From: a virus
Lineage: Duplodnaviria > Caudoviricetes
IMG/VR virus record: IMGVR_UViG_3300046656_000719
Location: 1-63,939 of that record
DNA length: 63,939 nucleotides
Strand: one strand, 5' to 3'
The first letter of the stretch is position 1. Every line of letters starts with the position of its first letter. The notes below the pieces were generated by a model, which did no database searches, had not been told where the DNA came from, and saw nothing but the letters and a program-made list of their open reading frames with translations. A program made the position numbers and the translations under genes. Positions 44,053-52,103 of this stretch are shown here, in pieces.

Positions 44053-44240
44053 TGAAGGAGATTAATCAGTTCGTTGATCTTGACGATGACATCCTGCAGA
44101 TCCGCGTCTTCCGGCAGCTTGTCGACAATGGTGTCGCCGCGCTCGCCTGAAATCTGTTCGAGGCGCTCCTTCATCGCGTAGAGCGCCCGGTCGTGAATGT
44201 CGACCTTGCCGATGGCGGGTTTTTTGACGAGGGCGCTCAT
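44049..44240 (-). CDS. Small structural-module protein (63 aa)
   Basis: MSALVKKPAI...KINELINLLQ; ATGA overlaps. Confidence 0.65.
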   Translation of the reverse strand: MSALVKKPAIGKVDIHDRALYAMKERLEQISGERGDTIVDKLPEDADLQDVIVKINELINLLQ

Positions 44241-46024
44241 ATCTGGCGCAGCCCGTCGGGCGTCTCGGCGATCTTCACGTTCTTGATCCGCACCTGCCCG
44301 TTTACCTTGAACGACCACGCATCCGACAGGTAGCCGCTCGGCATGCGAAAGACGCCGGTGTCTTCGAAGAGCGTCTTCGAAAATTTCATGACCCCCTTGG
44401 AATACAGCGTGAAAGTCACCGACTTCTGCGCATCCAGCACATCGGTCAGCTTCGGTGCGTAGCCGTTGATCGTGACGGTGTTGATCCCGCCGAAGCGGCC
44501 GTTGATGGCGCTCACGCCGTTGGCGATCTTCGGCCCCATCGCCAGCACCGCCTGCGCGTAGGCGGCGATCAGCGCGGCAGCGTCCGCGGCGGTGATCTCG
44601 GAGACGAACTCCACGCGCGCCGCGCCGAAATTGCACGGCGTTGCCAGTTCGAACTCTCTCGACAACCACTCGAACGGCAGCCGCGCGCCGTCGGCCGAGT
44701 CGTACTGCTTCACACCCTCGGCGTCGACCACGTAGAGGTAGCCGTTGCGGGGATCGGAGTACAACTCCACGCAGTCGAGCGTGAGGGTGGTCAACGCCGC
44801 CAGCGGCTCCAGCGGCTGGAAACACAGCATCCCCGACTGCGGCGCGCCCACGGCCGTGTAGAGGATGAAAATCTTGTTCTCGGCAATCGCGCACACCATG
44901 GTGTACGGATCGAGCGGAATCCACTCCTCGCGCGTGTAGAAGGGCTGCGTCCACACCCGCGGGCCCGCCGAGCCGACGTAAACGAGGCCCGAGAGCGTGG
45001 CATAGACGACGCCATCGCCCACCGAGATCATCGAGCGTTTGGCGAGACACGGCCAGATGTTGTCGTGGCGCTCCAAGGTGACCGAGGCCGGTTCGACGCC
45101 GTCGCCGATGTAGGGCGCGCCTGTGGTGCCGATCACCATGGTGGTGCCGTAGGCGGCGAGCCCCACAGCGGTCTGGTTCATGCCGCGCTGATATTCAACG
45201 GGCCACGCGTGGAACTGGTAGGGCTCACTCTGGCAGAGCAGGTTACCCAGCAGGCCAGCGAGCGCGCCGTTGGGTAGTGCGATGATGTTGAAGAGCCCCG
45301 CGGGTGGGGGCTCCCACCCGGCGGAGATCAACTCATCACCCGGGATCTGCGAATCCGGAATCGTATCGACGTAGGTAGTGGGAACGTCCTCCGCCACCAG
45401 TTGGAAGGTGGCCTGCGTGCCCACCGAGCGGTAGAGCCGCCGCTTCATGCCGGTGGTGTTGTAGCTCCCCGCGGGAATGGGGGCCGGAAACGCGGACATG
45501 CCCGAGACCGTCCACGTGCCGTCGACCTTGCCGGACACGAGGTCGCTCACCGGTGAGGGGCCGGACTCCTCCCCCCACTGTGAGAAGAAGGTGTAGACGT
45601 AGACCCGCGACACCGTGGCCGCAGCGCCGCCCGCGGCGACGACGACAGGCTTCCCCGTCGGGTTTGGGATGCCGAGCAGGAGGTCGGCCGCAGGCACATC
45701 GAAGTTGGTGAAGTTGGTGATCTTGGGCGGCCCGTCGCCGGTCCACACGTAGCGCGGCTCGACGTCCTCGGTGAGCGGAAGCCGAGCGACGTCCACATCC
45801 ATTGTCCAGCCGCGCCACTTGTCGAGGCTGGCGTGCTCCGCGCGGTAAACCGCTTTCTTGTTCGCCATCGCGGTCGTGATCAAGCCGGGCTCGCGAATCG
45901 GGCGAATATCCCCGGAAAGCAGCCGCACGTTGGCCGCGGTCTGGCCAAAGTTCTCCCCGAGCAGGCGCTCGGCCGTGCGCGGGGAGATTGGGCCGAAGGG
46001 ACCGGCGCGAAGAGTCTGGCCCAT
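44237..46024 (-). CDS. Tail nozzle (tubular protein B-like) protein
   Basis: 595 aa, beta-rich; SEPYQFHAWP, CLAKRS; position before the GNAT/ejection genes. Confidence 0.7.
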   Translation of the reverse strand: MGQTLRAGPFGPISPRTAERLLGENFGQTAANVRLLSGDIRPIREPGLITTAMANKKAVYRAEHASLDKWRGWTMDVDVARLPLTEDVEPRYVWTGDGPPKITNFTNFDVPAADLLLGIPNPTGKPVVVAAGGAAATVSRVYVYTFFSQWGEESGPSPVSDLVSGKVDGTWTVSGMSAFPAPIPAGSYNTTGMKRRLYRSVGTQATFQLVAEDVPTTYVDTIPDSQIPGDELISAGWEPPPAGLFNIIALPNGALAGLLGNLLCQSEPYQFHAWPVEYQRGMNQTAVGLAAYGTTMVIGTTGAPYIGDGVEPASVTLERHDNIWPCLAKRSMISVGDGVVYATLSGLVYVGSAGPRVWTQPFYTREEWIPLDPYTMVCAIAENKIFILYTAVGAPQSGMLCFQPLEPLAALTTLTLDCVELYSDPRNGYLYVVDAEGVKQYDSADGARLPFEWLSREFELATPCNFGAARVEFVSEITAADAAALIAAYAQAVLAMGPKIANGVSAINGRFGGINTVTINGYAPKLTDVLDAQKSVTFTLYSKGVMKFSKTLFEDTGVFRMPSGYLSDAWSFKVNGQVRIKNVKIAETPDGLRQI

Positions 46025-47766
46025 TACGCGAGCGTCCCTACGGCGTGACCGTCGGCGTAGAACACGTGGCTCCCGGCGAGATGGAGCGCCATCACCTGCT
46101 GATTCTCGGTGACGCGCGTGCCCGCGGAGCGTTTCGTCGCCATGTCGTAGGCAGGATTCGCCGTGCTCACCTCACGCAGCCCGCGAACCGGAATCCACCC
46201 GCCCGATGCGTGGCGAATCAGTGTCCCCGGCACCATGGTGTGCACCGTCTCGCCGTTGGCCACCACGAGGGACACGGTGTCGATCAGACCGCGCTTGCCC
46301 TTGACCGAGCGCCTGCGTCCGTGACTGTTGGCCCAGTACATCGCAGGCACCGGCGCGCCCCACGCTTCCACGCCCCCAACCATGACCGGAAAGAGATGCC
46401 CCGGCGTGCACACCACCGCGCCCTCGTCGGTCGCCACTTCCCACACCGAACGCTCCTGCAGGATGTTCGTCCAGATGCCGAGCACCTCGGCCGGTGCGCC
46501 GTTCCCCCACACCATGTCGCCCACGCGCACATCGCGCAGCCACTTCTTGGAACCGTCCCCCATCGTGATTTCGCTGTCGGGGTGGATGGAGGAGTTGGAG
46601 CCACCGCCGCCCCCGGAGGCCACAGTAACGTCCCCGGTCATGCCATTGACGCTGGTGACCCCGCCGTTGCCCGCGGTGGTGGCGAAATTGGCGGTGTTAG
46701 CAGCGTTCGCAGTGTTGGCCGTATTGGCGCTGTTCGCATAGTTGACACTGAGATTCCCGGGCTGCGTCAGGTACTGATCGTTCGCCGCGCCATCCGTCGC
46801 CCAGATGTAGCCCGGGTTCGTACCACGATTCACGTAGTTCCAACCAGTGATGCCGTTCACCGCATTCGCGTTGCTCGCGCTTGCCGCGTTCCCAGTGCAC
46901 GAAGCCGAGCTTCCCGAGACGCTGATCGGCCACATGTTGCCGAAATACGTGCCCTCAACCTGAACCTCCAGCGTGCCGTTCCAGCCGAGGTAGATGTTCT
47001 CGCCCCGCAGCGAGAAAATCTGCTTGGCATTTGCGACGTTGCCCAGCCCCACCATCGCGGCGGTGACGCCTGAGACGTTGCCTGCGAGCGCGACACCACC
47101 CGCAGTGACGCTGATGCCAAGCGTGGCACCACCATAGATGAACGTCGTCCCCCACCCGCCGTGCCCTATATACAGATTGTTGCCGGTGGCCACCATCGCG
47201 GGCTGCGCTACACCGCCGGGACTGGGAAATGTGATCTGCCCGTTAAGCGGCAGGTTCAGGACGGGGACGTTGATATCGAGATTCCCCGGCCGCCACTGCA
47301 TAATGTTCACGCCACCGACCACCGCGGCCATGACGTTGGCGGCAAGCCGCGCGAGCCCCGTCGCCAACTCGTTCGTCCATGCGATGCCCGGCGCGGCAAG
47401 CGTGCCGTCGGCGAAGCTGATCACCGGGGACGGGATCGTCTTGTTGGTGAGCGTCTGCTTGCCATCGACGGTGGCCACGGTCCCGGCAGTGAGGCGGCAC
47501 TCGACGATGTCGCCCACGATCCACGCCCGCGCGACCGTGCCCTCTTGAGCGCGCACGCAGGTGAACGAGTTGGTGCCGTCACCGTGCGCGGTGATCTTCA
47601 TGATCTCGATGTTGTTCGCCGTATCCTGAAACGTGACGAACGACCAGTCGCCCCCGGCCACCTTCGGGAACGCCGAGCCCACCGCCAGCGTGAAGCTGGT
47701 GTCGAGAGCGGTGATGTTCCCCGCCAGCGTGGAAAAAGCATTGTTCGCGTTCACATAGGCTGGCAT
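46024..47766 (-). CDS. Tail fibre/spike with C-terminal Hint (intein-like) domain
   Basis: N-terminal NNAFSTL..RAQEGTVARAW anchor; GVTSVNGMTGDV; Hint blocks SIHPDSEITMGDGS..VRVGD, CTPGH, HVFYADG. Confidence 0.75.
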   Translation of the reverse strand: MPAYVNANNAFSTLAGNITALDTSFTLAVGSAFPKVAGGDWSFVTFQDTANNIEIMKITAHGDGTNSFTCVRAQEGTVARAWIVGDIVECRLTAGTVATVDGKQTLTNKTIPSPVISFADGTLAAPGIAWTNELATGLARLAANVMAAVVGGVNIMQWRPGNLDINVPVLNLPLNGQITFPSPGGVAQPAMVATGNNLYIGHGGWGTTFIYGGATLGISVTAGGVALAGNVSGVTAAMVGLGNVANAKQIFSLRGENIYLGWNGTLEVQVEGTYFGNMWPISVSGSSASCTGNAASASNANAVNGITGWNYVNRGTNPGYIWATDGAANDQYLTQPGNLSVNYANSANTANTANAANTANFATTAGNGGVTSVNGMTGDVTVASGGGGGSNSSIHPDSEITMGDGSKKWLRDVRVGDMVWGNGAPAEVLGIWTNILQERSVWEVATDEGAVVCTPGHLFPVMVGGVEAWGAPVPAMYWANSHGRRRSVKGKRGLIDTVSLVVANGETVHTMVPGTLIRHASGGWIPVRGLREVSTANPAYDMATKRSAGTRVTENQQVMALHLAGSHVFYADGHAVGTLA

Positions 47767-47774
47767 CGCGGTTC

Positions 47775-48365
47775 CTATCCTTTAACCTTGGCCACGAACG
47801 ATCCATAGAACTGGGTCGCGCGCTGCGAGAGCACGTGCTCGTTGTCCTTCGACTCCGAGCGGTAGACCACGTAGTCGATCAGCGCAGGCTGCATCGTCAG
47901 CGGGATGTCGGCGATGGTGTCGTTCAACGCGTAGAGCGCCGGAATGCGCGCATAGCGCACATCGAGCACCTGCATCGTCGCCGGTGCCTTGGGGTAAATG
48001 TAGAAGCGCAGCGCGTCGTTGGCGAAGCGCGTCCACTGGCGCGCCGGGCCCGCCGCGTCCGCGCGCCAGTTCGGGTTGAAGGAGCCCATCGCCATCATGT
48101 CGAAGGGCGTCAGCGCCGCGCCCTCGTGGATGCACAGCACCTCCAGCAGCATCGCCGCGTCGGCGAAAGTGACCGCCTGCTCGCACGAGTCGGCGTCGCA
48201 GATCATGTCGCCGATGGTGGAGAACAAGGAGGGCTGCAGCGGCACCATCTCGCGCAGCCCGTCGTTCACATAGGCGAGCAACTCGGTGTCGGACTGGCGC
48301 GGGGCGACCGGGTCCGTGTCGTTCAGGATCGGCCGCGCGCCGGTGATGATGTCCTTGGGTGTCAT
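47775..48365 (-). CDS. Head-tail adaptor-like protein
   Basis: ELLAYVNDG...FYIYP...ALIDYVVYR pattern. Confidence 0.6.
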   Translation of the reverse strand: MTPKDIITGARPILNDTDPVAPRQSDTELLAYVNDGLREMVPLQPSLFSTIGDMICDADSCEQAVTFADAAMLLEVLCIHEGAALTPFDMMAMGSFNPNWRADAAGPARQWTRFANDALRFYIYPKAPATMQVLDVRYARIPALYALNDTIADIPLTMQPALIDYVVYRSESKDNEHVLSQRATQFYGSFVAKVKG

Positions 48366-48631
48366 GCCAACTCCACTGGGAATGCTTCACCTTGCTCCGT
48401 AGATATCAGCATGGTACCCGGTTGCGGGTCGGTCGCGAGGAGCGTGAGACCGGCCGGTACCATCGACCCCAGATCGTCGTGCCCTCCGGTGCCGAGCCCG
48501 CTCCCCGGCCCGTGGGGAGCGAGCGCGTCACCGCCGCCGTGCGGGGCGAGCCCCCGGCTACGCCCGTGCGGGGCCAGCCCCCCACCCGGCCCATGGGGCG
48601 TGACCGGATTATTGGAACGGTGGTCGTCCAC
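48362..48631 (-). CDS. Small protein with four PHG repeats
   Basis: TPHG followed by LAPHG x3, at about 8-9 aa spacing. Confidence 0.5.
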   Translation of the reverse strand: MDDHRSNNPVTPHGPGGGLAPHGRSRGLAPHGGGDALAPHGPGSGLGTGGHDDLGSMVPAGLTLLATDPQPGTMLISTEQGEAFPVELA

Positions 48632-48637
48632 GAAGAA

Positions 48638-48820
48638 TCACCCGTTTATCGGCCAGCCGAAGACTTTCCAGCCGAGCAGGAAGAGCAGCACGAACATGAA
48701 TCCGCTGCCACCCACGAACGGCCACGGGGGCGCGGTAGCACCAGCGCGCGGCCAGTACGCCCAGAGGCCGAAAATCAGCCACAAAATCATCAGCAACCAG
48801 TATATGAAGCCTATGCTCAT
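48638..48820 (-). CDS. Two-TM membrane protein (holin candidate)
   Basis: Two hydrophobic helices; GGAGG RBS. Confidence 0.55.
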   Translation of the reverse strand: MSIGFIYWLLMILWLIFGLWAYWPRAGATAPPWPFVGGSGFMFVLLFLLGWKVFGWPING

Positions 48821-48832
48821 GGGATACCTCCG

Positions 48833-49000
48833 TTAATCGGGCGCAGTTGGAGCGAGAATCGTTCGATCCAGCTTGCCCGCGTCGCACTGATAGGTCGTCT
48901 TCACCTCCCGTATGTAGGCGCAGTCACCGTCGATCTGCATGCGGCTGCAGCTAGTTAGCAGCGTGCAGAGAAACAGGAGCAGCTGCGACAGGCGCTTCAT
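48833..49000 (-). CDS. Small lipoprotein (55 aa; spanin- or exclusion-like)
   Basis: MKRLSQLLLFLCTLLTS-C lipobox plus two further Cys; below the ORF-track cutoff. Confidence 0.55.
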   Translation of the reverse strand: MKRLSQLLLFLCTLLTSCSRMQIDGDCAYIREVKTTYQCDAGKLDRTILAPTAPD

Positions 49001-49115
49001 CGGCGGGCACCAGCTTCTGGTTGGTCATTTTGAGGAACAGCGGCAGCGCCTCGGCCAGCGGGCGCTGCATCACGGCTTGTAGAACGTAGTTCGCTTCCTG
49101 CTCGGTCAGGTTCAT
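48951..49115 (-). CDS. Small protein after the fibre gene (54 aa)
   Basis: MNLTEQEANYVLQAVMQRP...; GGAGG RBS; ATGA overlap. Confidence 0.55.
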   Translation of the reverse strand: MNLTEQEANYVLQAVMQRPLAEALPLFLKMTNQKLVPADEAPVAAAPVSLHAAN

Positions 49116-50956
49116 GGTTTTGCCTCCAGTGTGGTGAGTCGTGCGTTGAGTTCTCGAATCGCTTCGATGATCGGGGCGGTGAGCGCCATGTAATCGAGGG
49201 TCTTAAACGCCGGGTCATCGAGCCGCGGGCCCTTGGTCTCACCCACTAATTCAGGAAAGATCGGCGTGACTTCCTGCGCGATCAGTCCGAGCGTCTCGCT
49301 CCTGTCGCCGAACGTGCGGCGATAGCGCACGCCGCGCAATTTGAGCACGGCGGCGAGCGCGTGCGTGATCGGGCGAACGTGCGACTTAAGCGCCGCATCC
49401 GATGCAGGCGTGAATGCCGCCGCCGTATAGACGCCCGTCGAAGTTAGATTAGCCGCCCATCCGCCCAACGGACCATTGTTAGCGAGACCAGCTGAATAGA
49501 CCGTATCGGTCCCGGTGCCGAGCGTCCAGCATATCGCATTCGCGGCGTTGCCTTGCGCCATACAAAACCCCGGGGCCAGCGACGCTCCCGAAGTATCCTG
49601 AATCAGAAACGGCACGTTGAACATATCGGCCGGGTTGTTCGTCCAACTACCAAGAATCCTGAACTGCGGACGAAAGGTGCCGTTGTACCCCATCACAAAG
49701 TCGGGGTTCCCCACACCAACAGCATTTTTTCCAATGTAGAAATTGAGCGTGCTTTTAATAGCGCCCGCAGTACCATCTACCAGTACCGTGGAGATCAGAG
49801 AGATCGCCGCAGACCCGTAATATCCCGCGAGCGAGTAACCCTCGCCGTTCGCAAAATTGCCACCGAAAATCCTAAGCGATGAATTCGTCGCGCCCTGCAA
49901 GCAGGAGAAGGTGTGCTGCCCGAACGCGCCCGCCACCGTGCGCGCCCACCCGTAGGGCGTGGCGAAGCTGCTCGCACCGTCGGTCGTGGAGAGAGTGATC
50001 GCGCCGAAATTCCCCGCGCCCGCGACCCCGCGCGACAGGATACCGGTGCTGATAAGCGCCGCGCTGCTCGCCCCGATTTGCGCGCTCCCCTGCACTCCGG
50101 TCGCCATCACGTTCGTTGAGAAAATCTGCGGAGCCGTGAGGTTCACGAGGCTCGTGATCAGCGCCCCGGCGAACTGCAGCTTGGTGCCGCCGCCAAGCAC
50201 GACGCGCAGATCGCTCGCGGCGGGCCGCCAGAAGCCGGTCGAGGGCTCGCCGCTGAACGCGATGCCGGGAAGCGCCCCGGTGCCATCGGCGAAGAGCCCC
50301 TGCGCGCCGGACACATTGATGCCACCCTGTGCGTTAATAGGGATGTTCGCGCCGGTCCCGATAGCCGTCGCCGTGAATAGAATCACGTTGACGCCACCGG
50401 CCGACACCATCAACTGCCCGGCACCCGAGCGCCGCAGCCCCACGCCCGTGTCGTTCAAGAACGAAATCGCCGGGGCGGCGAGCGTGCCATCGGGGAACAA
50501 CATCGGCACCGTGGTGGCAAAGCCCGTCTTGCTGATGGCGAGAACATCCACGCCGCTCACGGTGAAGTTGAACAGGTTCGCCGCCGCGCGCCGGAACCCG
50601 GACGCCGGTTCGCCCACCCACGAAAGCCCGGGCAGAGCGAACGTGCCATCGCTCGCCTGCAGCTGCTTCGCCGCCATGAACGCGGCAGTCGTGGCGCTGT
50701 AGATGAACTGCCCGCCGATGATGAAATTGAACACGCCCGGCGCGGAACGCCAGAACCCGGCCGTGGTCTCGTTCGCCCAGCTGATCCCCGGTGCGCCGAT
50801 CACGCCGTCGGCGAAGAGCACCGGGCCGGTGAAAGTCAGGCCGCCACTGACGACAGCGGTGAACGGCACCCAGCCGGTGCCGTTCCACTTATAGGACGGC
50901 CCACCCGCGGGGGTGAATATCTGGTCGAGGACCGGGCTCGCGGGGAACTGGAACAT
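49112..50956 (-). CDS. Tail fibre with C-terminal peptidase S74 intramolecular chaperone
   Basis: Starts MFQFPASP; four DG(T/V)xxxPxI/L repeats; SDAALK...GLIAQEV...DY...EAIREL. Confidence 0.85.
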   Translation of the reverse strand: MFQFPASPVLDQIFTPAGGPSYKWNGTGWVPFTAVVSGGLTFTGPVLFADGVIGAPGISWANETTAGFWRSAPGVFNFIIGGQFIYSATTAAFMAAKQLQASDGTFALPGLSWVGEPASGFRRAAANLFNFTVSGVDVLAISKTGFATTVPMLFPDGTLAAPAISFLNDTGVGLRRSGAGQLMVSAGGVNVILFTATAIGTGANIPINAQGGINVSGAQGLFADGTGALPGIAFSGEPSTGFWRPAASDLRVVLGGGTKLQFAGALITSLVNLTAPQIFSTNVMATGVQGSAQIGASSAALISTGILSRGVAGAGNFGAITLSTTDGASSFATPYGWARTVAGAFGQHTFSCLQGATNSSLRIFGGNFANGEGYSLAGYYGSAAISLISTVLVDGTAGAIKSTLNFYIGKNAVGVGNPDFVMGYNGTFRPQFRILGSWTNNPADMFNVPFLIQDTSGASLAPGFCMAQGNAANAICWTLGTGTDTVYSAGLANNGPLGGWAANLTSTGVYTAAAFTPASDAALKSHVRPITHALAAVLKLRGVRYRRTFGDRSETLGLIAQEVTPIFPELVGETKGPRLDDPAFKTLDYMALTAPIIEAIRELNARLTTLEAKP

Positions 50957-50960
50957 GGGC

Positions 50961-52094
50961 TTATATCTCCGCGTTGAACGCAATCCACGCGTTCGCGTTC
51001 GCGCTCGCCAACATCGCGCCACCTCCGGGCGGCACGTTCGCGCCACTGGCGCTAGCGCCCAGCATCGCGCCGAGCTTATCCTGTCCGAAAGATACAACCG
51101 TGACCGCGGGCGTGGTGCCGCCTGACCCCAGAATGTAGAAATCACTTGCTGCGCTAACTGAGAGCGTGGGCTGGGCACGCATCTCCACGGGGAAGTGGCA
51201 GGCAAATTCCTGCTGCCCGGAACTGAAGCAATTCCCCGAGAAGGCAAGCTGGTTCGTGCCAGTAGCCTGTCTGCGCCAGTAATACCGCTGGCATCGAGCG
51301 AGTTCCTCGCTGTAAGGCAGCGACACAAATTCATGATCGACGTTGCCCGTTTCCAGTTGCACCCCGGTGAGCAGAAACTGCTGGCTGATTGCACTCGCCA
51401 AGTTGGCCTGACCGGCGACGGTTGCCCCTCCAATAGCGCCCCACACGTTCGGAATTGCGTTGAAGTTGTTTGATCCTGCCGCGAGCGTGAACCATATACG
51501 CAGTCCGCGCCCAGTCGTCATGTCCCACGTTCCCGCCAGATTGGCGGGAACCGCCAGCACCTTGCGCTCCCACGTGCTCGCCACGTTGATGGTAAAAGGG
51601 AGGGTAATGCTCTGGTCCACGATGTTTGTCAGTTGAACCGCATACTGGCCCGCGACACTGGACGCGCAGTAGAACGACAACGTCATTGCCCGCCCGTGCA
51701 GCGGAGCATAGTTGTAGCCCTCGATTTCTTGATAAAACCCGCAAATCTGCGCTGCGGTTGGGACGCTGGCGGTCTGAGCCGCTATGGCTACGCAGTTGGT
51801 GAAAAAGCGCGGAGTGGTCGCGATTACCGAAGTAGAAAACGGCGTGCGGTTCACTGCATAGGCTGAAGGCGTGTTGTTCCCCAGCAACCATCTATCTGCC
51901 GTGAAGCCTGCGGCGGGGTTGAACCCCGTCCCGCGCTGCCAGATGTTGAAGTCGCCGTTGATGATCGCATTGAAGACTGGCAGAACATCCGGCACGACAT
52001 ACGGCGTCCAGCCCTGCCCGGTCCACTGGTAGGACACGCCCGCGACAGGTGTAAAAATCTGGCCGAGTGTGGGGGCTGCGGGGAACTGGAACAT
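50961..52094 (-). CDS. Receptor-binding protein with carbohydrate-binding-type domain
   Basis: IINGDFNIWQRG, ADRW, GVQLETG, ELARCQRYY, MRAQP. Confidence 0.7.
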   Translation of the reverse strand: MFQFPAAPTLGQIFTPVAGVSYQWTGQGWTPYVVPDVLPVFNAIINGDFNIWQRGTGFNPAAGFTADRWLLGNNTPSAYAVNRTPFSTSVIATTPRFFTNCVAIAAQTASVPTAAQICGFYQEIEGYNYAPLHGRAMTLSFYCASSVAGQYAVQLTNIVDQSITLPFTINVASTWERKVLAVPANLAGTWDMTTGRGLRIWFTLAAGSNNFNAIPNVWGAIGGATVAGQANLASAISQQFLLTGVQLETGNVDHEFVSLPYSEELARCQRYYWRRQATGTNQLAFSGNCFSSGQQEFACHFPVEMRAQPTLSVSAASDFYILGSGGTTPAVTVVSFGQDKLGAMLGASASGANVPPGGGAMLASANANAWIAFNAEI

Positions 52095-52103
52095 GGTCTC
52101 GAC

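Noticed and set aside
46024-46590. Hint domain as a true splicing intein
   Set aside because: Located at the extreme C-terminus with no C-extein, no terminal Asn and no endonuclease
50957-51433. N-terminal extension of the 773-aa ORF
   Set aside because: Overlaps the real 50961-52094 gene; true start is ATG 50956 (MFQFP), matching its paralogous N-terminus
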